Part shown: one piece after another, positions 19,142 through 29,588 of the stretch
Numbering within the stretch: the stretch's first letter is position 1
Layout of the letters: every line of letters begins with the position of its first letter
Assembly (NCBI GenBank): GCA_038130705.1
Contig: JAYPOA010000003.1
Location: 1-62,530 of the forward strand
Direction: 5' to 3'
Length of the DNA stretch: 62,530 nucleotides
Source of the DNA: Methanobacteriota archaeon
GTDB lineage: Archaea > Thermoplasmatota > Poseidoniia > Poseidoniales > Poseidoniaceae
The notes under the pieces: generated by a model
What the model was told of the DNA's origin: nothing
What the model saw: the letters and a program-made list of their open reading frames with translations, nothing else
Database searches by the model: none
Made by a program: the position numbers and the translations under genes

Positions 19142-20185
19142 ATGATGAGAGGCACTACTTGTCGACGCGACGACCTCGCTGTCAGCGAAGTTATTGGCGT
19201 AGTTATGCTTCTTGCTATGGTAGTTACAATGATGGGCGGGGTTTTTCTCGTTTTGACTCCATACGTTAATGATTTCCAAGACAACACCTCATGGGCTAAT
19301 GCAAACGGCATAGCTGAAAGGTTAGACTCAAGGATAGATGTTGTCGCATCTTCTGCTAACAACACTGGATTACGCACAACAATCAATTCATTATCGAGTT
19401 CTGTCGTGCCTGTATTGAATGCAGAAATATGGACCATGAGTGCTGATTTAACTTGGAATGAAGAGGTAAATGTAGCCTATATCAACCAAACAACATTTTC
19501 AATTTACGCCGTTAATGAATCAGCGGTTAAGGCAAAAATTTGGACACCTGAATCTGTAGAATTTGTCGATTTTTCTCCAAGTGAAGAGCCGGTAATAATA
19601 TCGCATAACACAACATTGCAAGGAACGTATATCGTAACTATTTACAACATCCACGACATCGAAATTCACAAGTATGCTCACGCATCATTATCTGGTCTCT
19701 TGGTCAATACTAAAGTCCAAACTGGTGAACACTCAATTGGAATAATTAACGATGCAAGATTTGACAAATTTTCAAACGAGCCTTGGAAGGTAACATCTTC
19801 TCCTGATATGAAGATAGAAGAATTGTTTGACGGTACGATGCGATCTAGTATGTCATTAAGGAACATACAGGTAATAGGGGCTGTGCCTGATGGAAGAGAT
19901 GCAACCTTTGACATTAGTTCAAGAGGCCCTGTACAAATTTTTAGTGGAGATGCATGGAATTTCCGTTACACGTATAATTCCGAATTAGGGCCAACGATTA
20001 CACCCCAAATGAGTGAAGGATGGTTAATCGATTACCAGTTGCATAAAGTGTCTGATACTTTGGATGAATACAGAGGAATTAGACCATGGCAGCGAGAAAG
20101 TGGTTTCGATGGCTTGACAATAGATCATGACGGCAAGATGATTGATTTAGAAATCGACCTTCAACTAGTGGAGGTTAGCAGATGA
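19142..20185 (+). CDS. archaeal type IV pilin-like protein (class III signal peptide), 347 aa
   Basis: N-terminus RRDDLAVSEVIGVVMLLAMVVTMMGGVFLV matches the DUF1628-type archaeal pilin N-terminal pattern. Several N-x-S/T sequons (DNTSW, NNTGL, NQTTF, NESAV, HNTTL). Stop overlaps the next start (ATGA). Confidence 0.7.
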   Translation: MMRGTTCRRDDLAVSEVIGVVMLLAMVVTMMGGVFLVLTPYVNDFQDNTSWANANGIAERLDSRIDVVASSANNTGLRTTINSLSSSVVPVLNAEIWTMSADLTWNEEVNVAYINQTTFSIYAVNESAVKAKIWTPESVEFVDFSPSEEPVIISHNTTLQGTYIVTIYNIHDIEIHKYAHASLSGLLVNTKVQTGEHSIGIINDARFDKFSNEPWKVTSSPDMKIEELFDGTMRSSMSLRNIQVIGAVPDGRDATFDISSRGPVQIFSGDAWNFRYTYNSELGPTITPQMSEGWLIDYQLHKVSDTLDEYRGIRPWQRESGFDGLTIDHDGKMIDLEIDLQLVEVSR

Positions 20186-22230
20186 TAAACTCTAATTTAC
20201 ACAGGGACGAGGAAGCAGTAAGTGCGGCAGTCGCCACCGTACTACTGTTCGGAGGAGTAATTTCCATAATCGGATTAATGCTTTTGTCTCTTGTACCAGT
20301 AATACAAGAATTAGAGGGTTCGCTCAAAAGAAGTGACATGCAATCGCAGATGGAAATAATGAATCATGAGGTTAATCTACTATCAGAATCAGGTCTCCCT
20401 GGAGATTCATCTGAGGTAGAATTGATACCAGTTGATGGGACTTTAAGATGGGATAGAATTCGAGGTGGAATGTGGTATTCTGCATCTTGGTATGAAGATA
20501 CAACATTTAGAATCCGAGGCGCATTAGATTTGAATCGTGAGGTTGAGATCAGGCATCCGGAATCCCACGTACAAGCAATCTGCTACGAGGACATGAGATT
20601 AGGCCCTGATAGGCACTTTCTGTTCACGCCAAATAATAATGCAGACTTTGTTTTAGTTACACCAAAACATGGGCTATCGATTCCCCTGGGCCCGGTCATA
20701 GTCGAGCAATCAGGAAATGAATATCCAATATCAATAGGAGAAGTATTGCGATTAACCACCGACAGCGTGATTTCCTCATCACACGACTTGAGCGGTTTGG
20801 AATTATATGGAAATGGGGGGGCTACCTTAGTCCCACCTGTCAAAACCAACCCTGTTTCTGGAATGGGACAGAACTGGGCCATACCTATTCCTTCAGGAAA
20901 TACAACAGTAGAAGTAATGTCAAAATCAGATATGTTAGTACAATACTCAATTGATGGCACTCTTAAATCCCAAGTTGTAATACAACCAGAAGGTATTCAA
21001 TACGCAAACTCATGGGTCAAAGAATTTCAAACGACATCTGATACTCTTTTAGAAATCATAACAGATGTCGATGCTCAAGTAATGATTATCCATGAAGGGA
21101 TTGGCCAGACAATGATTATGGGTCAAGAAAATAGTTTCATATCGAAAAATTTCATTGCACCGAAATCTGAAGGGAATATCACATTTTTCAATCCAAATGA
21201 AAACTCTGCCACAGTAACATGGCGCAATGGTGGTTACTCAATACCCGGGAATCAAACCATTACAATTGAATGGCCACCGGTCGGAATAGAAAATTCGACA
21301 ATCCTGAAAAGTGATGAGGATATAATGGTAAAGTGGAGCATCGAAAATAACGGAGCATTTGTCTTACCAGCAATCGATACTGGACAATTAACTGGGATGA
21401 AATATATTGAAGATTCTGGAGATTCAATAACGAATGAAACATCTGCTCATGGAGACTACATGACAAAACATATTCTAAACGGAGATAACGGAATAGTTAT
21501 CCTCGAAGATGATGGAGACACTCGATGTATTTCCATTGACAAAACTGCATCTGGATGGATTTCAACTATCCTCCCATGGGACACAATGAACGGGATTCCA
21601 GAAGGCCAAATAGTCAAAGCATGGCAATCCGGAAAACATCCGGCAAGTATCGAAATCACGCTAATTGGTAGTTTTGATAATTCTAATTACGCAGTTTTGT
21701 CTACGGCTTGGGCATTCCACATCTCAAGGTTAACCTATGAATTTGACACATCCATTACCGGATTAGAAGTTGCCTGGAGTTCTGGAGCGATTGTTACCAA
21801 TCACCCAGAGATGCAACCTACAATACTTGAAGGACCCACTGATAGACAGGGTCCAGGGCCTCGATTTAGTGTCACAGTACCATCTCTTCATCCAACATCG
21901 ACATCAGTTGAAGGTAGTGGCTACATGAATTTGAACATGGAATTAACAATGCGCCAAAGTTTAGCATCTTGTACAGCACACGATGTGCGAAGAGGCTGGA
22001 TCGGCCCATATGGAGATGCTATCGCCTCTTGGTCTAGCGAAGGCCTTGAGTCTTCTAATGACTGGATTGTCAATCCGGGCAAATTCGACCAATTGAAAGA
22101 CTACACGGGATGGGTCCCAGTACCAAGTCACGGACCGAGTGAATCAATTTGGCACACAGCAGGTGAACCAATTCAATTCAACCTACAAATCAGTAGTATT
22201 GATGTGGAAATTGCGGAGGTGGGATCATGA
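20182..22230 (+). CDS. large pilin-like protein (class III signal peptide-like N-terminus), 682 aa
   Basis: N-terminus HRDEEAVSAAVATVLLFGGVISIIGLMLLSLVP. 4-nt start/stop overlaps with both neighbours. Confidence 0.65.
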   Translation: MINSNLHRDEEAVSAAVATVLLFGGVISIIGLMLLSLVPVIQELEGSLKRSDMQSQMEIMNHEVNLLSESGLPGDSSEVELIPVDGTLRWDRIRGGMWYSASWYEDTTFRIRGALDLNREVEIRHPESHVQAICYEDMRLGPDRHFLFTPNNNADFVLVTPKHGLSIPLGPVIVEQSGNEYPISIGEVLRLTTDSVISSSHDLSGLELYGNGGATLVPPVKTNPVSGMGQNWAIPIPSGNTTVEVMSKSDMLVQYSIDGTLKSQVVIQPEGIQYANSWVKEFQTTSDTLLEIITDVDAQVMIIHEGIGQTMIMGQENSFISKNFIAPKSEGNITFFNPNENSATVTWRNGGYSIPGNQTITIEWPPVGIENSTILKSDEDIMVKWSIENNGAFVLPAIDTGQLTGMKYIEDSGDSITNETSAHGDYMTKHILNGDNGIVILEDDGDTRCISIDKTASGWISTILPWDTMNGIPEGQIVKAWQSGKHPASIEITLIGSFDNSNYAVLSTAWAFHISRLTYEFDTSITGLEVAWSSGAIVTNHPEMQPTILEGPTDRQGPGPRFSVTVPSLHPTSTSVEGSGYMNLNMELTMRQSLASCTAHDVRRGWIGPYGDAIASWSSEGLESSNDWIVNPGKFDQLKDYTGWVPVPSHGPSESIWHTAGEPIQFNLQISSIDVEIAEVGS

Positions 22231-22697
22231 GAGGAAAGTTAGTTAGAGACAATTCTGGTGCGAGTACAGAACTTGGATACATCTTCACATTCATGTTAGG
22301 TGTAATTTTCCTTTCGATGTTCAGCGTATGGGCCTTTGGCTTAGAAACTTCAACCAGAGAAAAATGGAACAGTACTGCTGTTGATGTGAATATGGCAGAC
22401 ATTGCGGGCGCAGTTGAAAGGGCGGACGCTGCAAGTAGAGAGGATGTAAATTCAAGATATGCGGAGAGTGTTGAGTGGAGGCTGACAGAAGCTGATGAAT
22501 CCCTTTTCACACTCGTTTTAGATGATGAAGGGCTACATCTCGACCACACTGAGAATTCTTTGGACAGAGACGTATCGATATCAGGGACTGGTGCGGGCAC
22601 TTATGATGGTGAACTCACATTATCCGGAACAACCTATATTTGGGTTGTATACGATGATGGTGTAACCTACATTACTAAAGATAGGCCTGACTTTTAA
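22227..22697 (+). CDS. small pilin-like protein (class III signal peptide-like N-terminus), 156 aa
   Basis: N-terminus RDNSGASTELGYIFTFMLGVIFLSMFSVWAF resembles the G-(A/V)-S-T-x-(L/V)-G-Y-hydrophobic pattern of archaeal pilin-like DUF proteins. Translationally coupled to the upstream ORF. The antisense ORF 22190..22600 is rejected. Confidence 0.6.
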   Translation: MRGKLVRDNSGASTELGYIFTFMLGVIFLSMFSVWAFGLETSTREKWNSTAVDVNMADIAGAVERADAASREDVNSRYAESVEWRLTEADESLFTLVLDDEGLHLDHTENSLDRDVSISGTGAGTYDGELTLSGTTYIWVVYDDGVTYITKDRPDF

Positions 22698-25229
22698 TCA
22701 ACGACCCATCACTGCATTATGAACCATCATTTGCACTTCACGCATTCGAGTTTGTGCTCCCAGTTCTCTAAATACTGACAAAGCTCTTTGGAGGTATTCC
22801 ATACGTCGTTGCCTGTCTGGTGCCACTCCACCCAGCCTCGCTAATAGTTCTCCAATTTGCATACGTAAGTCGTTAGCTTCTGAAATAATCAGAGCCTCTC
22901 TGTACCGTTCAAGAGCATCTTCGATTCTACCACTGTCTTGAAGAACTTCACCCAGGAGTATTGACACCTCAACTAATGCGAGTGGGTCTCCTGCTTCACC
23001 CATAGTTTCTAAAGCTCCAGTATAGTGATGCAATGCTAAATCAGCGTCTCCTGTTTTGGCATAAAATCTACCCAAAACAGCACGTGCTCTGGCATGTAGA
23101 ATCAAATCCTCAGTGTCAACAGTACGCTCGTATGATGAAAGTGCATGATCTCTAGCCCTGTCTTCTTTCCCTAGGTCTAATAGGGACCTTGCTAGAACAA
23201 TTTGTGCTGGTATTAAGTCTTCAGAGTCATTTGAAGAAAGGATTTTTTCGACTTCAGAGTATGCATCAAGTGCTTTTTCTTTGTCCCCCCTTCTCCTGAG
23301 GATATATCCCATGTTGTTGTAAGATCTCGCCGCGCCAAGTGCATTATTTTGCGCAATAAATAATTCCAAAGCTTTAGTGTGCATTTCTAAACTTGAATCT
23401 GGCTCTCCTCTCTTCAGCGCAATGTCTGCGAGATTGGAGAGAATATCGGCAATGATTTCATCCAAGCCTGCTTTTTCAGCAAGTGGTTTAGCCTTATTGA
23501 ATGCTTCTTCAGCTTCATCGAACCTACCCAATAATGAAAGAACTTCGCCCCGAAGCCTGTCGATTTTACATGCACTTTCAGGAGCGATAGAATCTAATTC
23601 GATTGCTACCAACAGATGTAATAATTCTATGTGACCTTCCTTAATCAGATCACGTCCACGTTCAATCACGATTTCAACAGCATTTTCATGTCTTGAAGAT
23701 GATATCAAATGGTATATCTTCTCCATTGCTACTGAACTACTGTCAGTCTGATTTTCGTACCATGATACTGCTTTGTTGTGTAATTCTTCTTTTGATTGGC
23801 GATCTAGACTTTGGAGTAAGAATTCCCTAATTAAGTCGTGAACATCGTAGGTATCAGAGTCGGCTTGCCTTGCAAGTCCTGATTCTACTAACTGGTCTAA
23901 TTCATCAACGCTCAATCCTTGTACCGTAATTGCTTCAAGAGGAATTGGCTCTCTGTACACAGATAATGCACCTAAAAGCCTCTTCTGCTCACCAGATAAT
24001 TTTGAAAATATTTCGATATTGACGTAATTCTCAAGGGTTTCATGGAAGGCTCCGGCGGATGCTCCTCTGTTGATTAATTCAATAATTAATGGGTGACCTC
24101 TACTCAGGGAATGTATGTAAAGTAATTTTTCTTCCTCTATATTATCAAATGCAGTCAGAAGTGACCTTGTAGAATCCTGGTCCAATCCTTCCAATGGCAG
24201 AACGAGCGAAACAATTTTGCCTTCAGCATCTTTTAGCGGAACAACTTCTTTGAAAGACCTAGAAAATAATACCAGACCTATTTCACCTTCATATTCAACT
24301 AGTCCTCTTGATATTGCTTGAATGGTTTGGTGTAATGAGATGTCGCTTACTTTGTGATAATCATCTATTACAATAAGGGAAGGAGAATTTGACAATGCAT
24401 CTAAGATTAATCTCGCAGCATCTGTTGGTTGAGGAACAGGAGTTGCTGAAATGTAATCTGCCAACATAGAATCGCCGAGGCTCGACAACCAATCCGCAAT
24501 AGTTTCAAAGAATGCCCTACTACCATCCCAATCCTGACAACGATGGTATAGAAGGTTCCTCTGATGTGTAAATGATTCAATCAGTTTCGCAGCCATAGTG
24601 GTCTTACCGATTCCAGCAATACCCGGGACCATAAGAGTAGTAGGCCTTGCTTCGAGTAAATTTACCATGTTCTCTAATTCCTTTGAACGCCCGTAAAAGT
24701 GTCTTATTCTTGGTAAATCACTAAGACTTGATACCAACTGCTTTTCAACATGCTTAGTCAAATCACGCTCAACTAAATCAGCAGAAAGTGACCTTACATC
24801 AAGAATCGAATTATCATCAAGGTACCTAATTACGTCTACTGGACGCATTGAAAATGGCAATTGGTCCTGTATTTCACCCAATGTTGAACTGATTGTTTGT
24901 CCACCTGGTAGGATTGCTCTTAATTTGAAATCACGCAATCTCTTCCATGTTTCATCAGCTAGAGAAATCCCTGATTCTGTAAGAAAATATGCCTTTCTCT
25001 TTCGACTAACACCCTGAACGTGAGCTTGTCTTTCCACTAACAATCCTTGGTCTTTAAGTCCTGCAATAGCACGAGGAACGTTAGACCTTGCTATGGCTAC
25101 TGCGTTTGCAATTCCCATTTGCGAAAGAGAAAAAGGTACTTCAACAGAGCTCATGAAGTCTGAAAAATCAGACAGGTGAAGTAGAATCCTCTCCTGTACA
25201 CCTGGTTTGGGCCCCGATACCATCATCAC
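22698..25229 (-). CDS. STAND-type regulator: N-terminal winged-HTH + AAA/Arch-ATPase NTPase + C-terminal TPR array
   Basis: wHTH-like N-terminus (FSLSQMGIANAVAIARSNVPRAIAGLKDQGLLVE). Walker A VPGIAGIGKTT (nt 24600..24629). Walker B LIVIDDYH. C-terminal TPR-like repeats (NNMGYILRRRGDKEKALDAY, GRFYAKTGDADLALHHY, and others). Confidence 0.85.
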   Translation of the reverse strand: MMMVSGPKPGVQERILLHLSDFSDFMSSVEVPFSLSQMGIANAVAIARSNVPRAIAGLKDQGLLVERQAHVQGVSRKRKAYFLTESGISLADETWKRLRDFKLRAILPGGQTISSTLGEIQDQLPFSMRPVDVIRYLDDNSILDVRSLSADLVERDLTKHVEKQLVSSLSDLPRIRHFYGRSKELENMVNLLEARPTTLMVPGIAGIGKTTMAAKLIESFTHQRNLLYHRCQDWDGSRAFFETIADWLSSLGDSMLADYISATPVPQPTDAARLILDALSNSPSLIVIDDYHKVSDISLHQTIQAISRGLVEYEGEIGLVLFSRSFKEVVPLKDAEGKIVSLVLPLEGLDQDSTRSLLTAFDNIEEEKLLYIHSLSRGHPLIIELINRGASAGAFHETLENYVNIEIFSKLSGEQKRLLGALSVYREPIPLEAITVQGLSVDELDQLVESGLARQADSDTYDVHDLIREFLLQSLDRQSKEELHNKAVSWYENQTDSSSVAMEKIYHLISSSRHENAVEIVIERGRDLIKEGHIELLHLLVAIELDSIAPESACKIDRLRGEVLSLLGRFDEAEEAFNKAKPLAEKAGLDEIIADILSNLADIALKRGEPDSSLEMHTKALELFIAQNNALGAARSYNNMGYILRRRGDKEKALDAYSEVEKILSSNDSEDLIPAQIVLARSLLDLGKEDRARDHALSSYERTVDTEDLILHARARAVLGRFYAKTGDADLALHHYTGALETMGEAGDPLALVEVSILLGEVLQDSGRIEDALERYREALIISEANDLRMQIGELLARLGGVAPDRQRRMEYLQRALSVFRELGAQTRMREVQMMVHNAVMGR

Positions 25230-25251
25230 ATCTCCAAATATATCCGCTCAC

Positions 25252-28200
25252 TTATTGTTGTGGGGGGCGATAATTTGGATCGGCGACCCATTGGTTAGAA
25301 TTCGCATCCCATATCCAGCCTGGATGTTGAGGTTGTGATACCGGAACAGGAGCTGGAGCAGGAGCAGGGGTTGCTTGTGCAGTTGCAGCGACCTTAGCCT
25401 TAGCCCATGCGTATGGGTCTTTTTCCTGTTCTTGAAGTTCTGATAGTTCCATTTCATCATCAATTTCTTCAAATTCAACGAAGAAATATGCACCAATACC
25501 TGCGAGCACTATGACTGCAATGATAACGAGCACTGTAATCAACCAAGTAGACATACCTTCGGATTCTGGGTCACCGGATTGTAGAGAAATATCTACACCA
25601 TCATCCATACCTATTGTTTGAGAGTCACTCTGCTCGAAGAAAATGTCATAGTTACCATCATCTCCTAATTGGGATGATGTTATCTCCATTTTCCACGTTC
25701 CGTCAGGCTTAACAGTGGTTGTATTGAGATAAATTTCACCTTTCACTTTCTTCGCAGTAACCTGAGAACCAGGTAAGCCAGTTCCCCTGAATTCAGCAGA
25801 GTCTTCAAACACAACAACTCCTGTATCGATTCTTTGAGCGCTGAATTGAACTCCCTTAACCATGAAGCTTACCGGGTATGATACAGCAAGGGAATCGTGA
25901 ATATCTCTTGCTTCAACTATTACGTTAATTAGGGACCAGTCAGAAATTTCTGACGAAATCAGATACTTCGAATTCATAGGATTGTAGGTTAGTACTCCGT
26001 CTGGAGAGATCAGAATGTGGTCAAAGTAGTCGTCATCTTCAACAGTTGCTGGACTATCGTAAATATTCCAAGTGAAGTGCTGAGTTGAAGGGCCAATGCC
26101 ATCTGAATCGTTAAAGAAATCCAGCAGATTGATATTTGCACTCTCACATCTATCGAAACTTGAGGATTTTTCGTCACAGAATATTGTCATTGTATCCGGC
26201 CAGTTGTCTTCGTTAACGAATAAAGGAGCAACATTGTCCGCCGCAGTCGGGTTATCGATGATTATTCGAACGCTTTCGATATTTGAATAATCAATCCCAT
26301 CATACGCTTTTACCCTTAGTTCGTATTGTTGGTCATGAATTAGGTTGCTTGTATCCCAATAGGTTGCCCAAGCACCATTTGATGCAAATGATGTAATCGG
26401 GTCTGGACCGTTGTTTAATTCAATACCACTAGCAAGGTCGATTACACTAATCTCGAGCCTGGTAACTTGTCCATCATTATCCCTAGCAACACCACTGATC
26501 AGTGTTTCTTCGTCAGCCCTTATGACGTCATTAGGGAGTGGGTCGCTAATTTGAACGATAGGGATTCTGTTATCGTTATCAATAGTAATTGTAACAACAT
26601 CAGGAGTACATATATCTATTACCTCACGACAATAATTCGAATCACTCGCCCAGACAGTGAATGTATAATCTCCACTTGGAAGGGCTGAGAAATTCCAAGA
26701 GTCAGCCCAAGTAGGGGCACCTCCACTTTCAGCAGCGTAGTTTGCAGAGTAATTATTTGGACCCACAACTGAAAACCAAATATCTGCAATATCGCTTCCT
26801 TGAACTCCTTGGTAATTATCTGATGCAGTACCACTAAAGAGGACTTCTTGGCCATCGTGTGTTGAACCATCAACAGGAGTTTCTAGATTGATTGTTGGTG
26901 GATTAATATTCAATTTGAATACTCTTGTAACCACAGTAGATTCATCTATACCATCAGTAGATCTTACTCTGAAAGTAACATCGTCTTCAAAGTGGTTTGC
27001 CATATCCCATTCAAAACTCCATGTCTTGTAAGGCCAATTTGTCATTGTAACTTCACCATTTGCTCCAGAAGTGTCGGTAGCTTGGTACCAATCCTGACTT
27101 CCATGTGGCTGAATTTCTACTTTCTTCACCACTCCAAATTGACTTAAGTATGAATCATAATCACTAAAATAAGGTCCTGAATTGCCATCGTGTGCTGAAC
27201 CTGAGAGGACTACATTCCTTGCAAATGAGGTCCCATCATTCTGTGAGACCATTACAGAAGGTGCCATGTTTGATAGGTGAACTACCTCATCCACCATCCC
27301 TGTTAGATCGAAATCATGAGATGATGTGCCTTTACCGAATCGAGAAGCTTCAACTGAGTAACTTGGCATCTCCCTTCCTCCAGATTGACAATCTGAGTCT
27401 TGGCCGTCTTTCAGCGTGTCTCCATCATTATCGATGTAATCGCCACATGAATTTTCTCCAGGGTCTGTCACATCATGGTCCCAGTTAGTGTCTATGTGGA
27501 AATCTGAAGGCAGTGAAATCCACGGAGTGTAACCATATGCGTCAGTTGTCAAATTGTAGAGTGAACGCCCTGCTGCATCTTTGATTTTGACTAATGCTTC
27601 ACTCACTTGTGAGTTATCTGCCTTGACTTGATACCTTACTAGTTCAGCTTGCTCTACTTGTACACCCCATGCTGTATTTTGGTTCTGAACATGTATCTTT
27701 GAGCGATCAAAGTTTTGAACGTCAGAAAAGGTAAAAGTCGTGGCATTTTCCTTAAGCTCCATAGACAATGGCATCCCCATAGGTGGCCAATCAGCAGTAA
27801 GTGGAACCAAAAGACACTCTGAAATATCAGTATCACATTCTGCACCAAGCCATGAAAGTTGGACTGGATACAATGTATTGTTACCTGGGTCAGGAACTAT
27901 CTCGCTTTGGATTGAAACACGCGATTCGGTTACGTTGTAAACTTGGGATGCTCCACTGTAAGTATTGTCGTTGAAGTATGCGATTGAACCATACTTGCTC
28001 CCATAATTGTCATCATAATGCGAAATGTTGGCTGCAAAAGCCCCTGCGGTAACTATGCTGTTGCCCTGTGCATTGACGATTCCACCTTTGATTCTGAATC
28101 CATCGCCTATGCTATTTGTGACAATGTTATTGATGAAAGTTGCAGATGACATGTAAACGTGGAAAGCAGGGCAGGGGAAATCTCCGCCGTACATTGCTTG

Positions 28201-29535
28201 AGAGGTACATGTTCCTGAATTGTTAGAAATCTGGTTGTTTGCAAAATAAAGTCTTGATTTGGTTGGGCTTGGGACATTCCAACCCTGGTCTTTGTGGTGA
28301 TATTCGCCAATCAACACTGGTTCCTTTCCAGTGTCAAGGATTGTATTATTTTCTGCAGAGACATCTGATTCCCCGTATATCCAGAATCCATTCCATCCGC
28401 CAATTGGCCCTATTGTATTTTCATTTGCTGTGACGTATGACGACCTGATTCCAAATCCTGATCCTTCAGCGGCTCCTGAAATCGTGTTTCTATTTGCAAC
28501 TACAATTGCTTCGTCGTAAGCTGTAATTCCTGCACCCTCTGCGGTTGTTATCGAATTGTCTTCTATGAAGAAGGTGTATTTTGTAGTACCAGTAGTTAGG
28601 TGAGAGTTTGTGTCAATTGCGTTACATTTGATGTCCATAGAAGAATTTGTGAGGTAGCCACTTGAAGACCTCAAAAATGCACCATATGAGTTTTGAGACA
28701 CTGTAATTGCATCCATCCTTACGAACGAATCCTCAAGGTATATCGCAGATCTACCGCCACCTTGAGAGCCACAATCGGTTTCCGCACCTGTAAATGCGGA
28801 ATTCAAAATTTGCATTACAACTAGTCCTGCCCCAGCACCATATGCTTGGATTGCAGCTCCTTGGAAACCTTCTTCGTCGACACCAACTTCGAAAGTTCCT
28901 CCATCCAGTGTGGGAGATGCTCCGTTGATGGCTAGAACGTTTGTTGTGTTGATATCCGTGAAGCTCGGGTTAGCTACGGAAAGAGATGCACCATCGAATA
29001 CCAGTGCACCGTACTTCCAATTGCCCTGCCCTGTGATGTCCACAGGGATTCCATATGCACCATCTATCACAATGTGATTCATCCTTGTAGCCGCCTGATC
29101 TATTGTTGAATCGATGTAAATTCCTGAACCACAGGACTGGTCAGGATTCCAAAGTCCTGTAAAGTAACAGCGTGCTGTTAGGTTACCACCAGGAGCATTT
29201 CCCCAGATGAATCGAATCGGAGAACCTGTGCTTGCTTGTGTAGCACCACAAGACGAGTCCCCTGCACAAATCGACCCCTGAATATTGATGTTCTTGTCAT
29301 AGGGAACATTGATTGTAGTGCCTGCGTTGATAATTAGTTTAGCACCGCCAGCGATGAGTAAATCGCCATCTAAGTTGTGAACACCCATCCAGGTTTCTGT
29401 TCCAGTAATGGTTCCAGAACTGGTTTCGTTTATTGCCGTTACAGGTGGAATGGTTGTTGCCATCGCCACGAATAGTGACATCATGAAAATACTAACAATT
29501 CCAATGCTTTTTGTCCTCTGTGCTAAAACCGACAT
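25252..29535 (-). CDS. giant (1,427 aa) secreted right-handed beta-helix (PbH1-like) surface protein with Ig-like domains, C-terminal TM anchor and Pro/Ala-rich Trp tail
   Basis: Signal peptide (IGIVSIFMMSLFVAMATT). Repeated N-N-x-I/V turns (ENNTILDTGKEPVLIG, NNQISNNSG, NNIVTNSIGDGFRIKGG, GNSIVTAG). One TSP3-like loop (DYIDNDGDTLKDGQDSDC). Ig-like modules. TM WLITVLVIIAVIVLAGIGAYFFV and a 74-aa tail. Confidence 0.85.
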   Translation of the reverse strand: MSVLAQRTKSIGIVSIFMMSLFVAMATTIPPVTAINETSSGTITGTETWMGVHNLDGDLLIAGGAKLIINAGTTINVPYDKNINIQGSICAGDSSCGATQASTGSPIRFIWGNAPGGNLTARCYFTGLWNPDQSCGSGIYIDSTIDQAATRMNHIVIDGAYGIPVDITGQGNWKYGALVFDGASLSVANPSFTDINTTNVLAINGASPTLDGGTFEVGVDEEGFQGAAIQAYGAGAGLVVMQILNSAFTGAETDCGSQGGGRSAIYLEDSFVRMDAITVSQNSYGAFLRSSSGYLTNSSMDIKCNAIDTNSHLTTGTTKYTFFIEDNSITTAEGAGITAYDEAIVVANRNTISGAAEGSGFGIRSSYVTANENTIGPIGGWNGFWIYGESDVSAENNTILDTGKEPVLIGEYHHKDQGWNVPSPTKSRLYFANNQISNNSGTCTSQAMYGGDFPCPAFHVYMSSATFINNIVTNSIGDGFRIKGGIVNAQGNSIVTAGAFAANISHYDDNYGSKYGSIAYFNDNTYSGASQVYNVTESRVSIQSEIVPDPGNNTLYPVQLSWLGAECDTDISECLLVPLTADWPPMGMPLSMELKENATTFTFSDVQNFDRSKIHVQNQNTAWGVQVEQAELVRYQVKADNSQVSEALVKIKDAAGRSLYNLTTDAYGYTPWISLPSDFHIDTNWDHDVTDPGENSCGDYIDNDGDTLKDGQDSDCQSGGREMPSYSVEASRFGKGTSSHDFDLTGMVDEVVHLSNMAPSVMVSQNDGTSFARNVVLSGSAHDGNSGPYFSDYDSYLSQFGVVKKVEIQPHGSQDWYQATDTSGANGEVTMTNWPYKTWSFEWDMANHFEDDVTFRVRSTDGIDESTVVTRVFKLNINPPTINLETPVDGSTHDGQEVLFSGTASDNYQGVQGSDIADIWFSVVGPNNYSANYAAESGGAPTWADSWNFSALPSGDYTFTVWASDSNYCREVIDICTPDVVTITIDNDNRIPIVQISDPLPNDVIRADEETLISGVARDNDGQVTRLEISVIDLASGIELNNGPDPITSFASNGAWATYWDTSNLIHDQQYELRVKAYDGIDYSNIESVRIIIDNPTAADNVAPLFVNEDNWPDTMTIFCDEKSSSFDRCESANINLLDFFNDSDGIGPSTQHFTWNIYDSPATVEDDDYFDHILISPDGVLTYNPMNSKYLISSEISDWSLINVIVEARDIHDSLAVSYPVSFMVKGVQFSAQRIDTGVVVFEDSAEFRGTGLPGSQVTAKKVKGEIYLNTTTVKPDGTWKMEITSSQLGDDGNYDIFFEQSDSQTIGMDDGVDISLQSGDPESEGMSTWLITVLVIIAVIVLAGIGAYFFVEFEEIDDEMELSELQEQEKDPYAWAKAKVAATAQATPAPAPAPVPVSQPQHPGWIWDANSNQWVADPNYRPPQQ

Positions 29536-29588
29536 AACATCGCCTCTAATCTTGGGATTAACAACACCAACTTAACACATTGGTATAG

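Noticed and set aside
22190-22600. 136-aa minus-strand ORF opposite the third pilin-like gene.
   Set aside because: The + strand ORF has a class III-like N-terminus and a 4-nt coupled start. The minus ORF is Ser/Ala-rich with no features and would overlap the end of the 682-aa gene.
22698-25229. Possibility that the STAND ATPase is an Avs-like antiviral sensor.
   Set aside because: I see no nuclease, protease, TIR, SIR2 or other effector domain. The N-terminus is a winged HTH, which fits a transcription regulator better. The idea is kept only as a regulator hypothesis.
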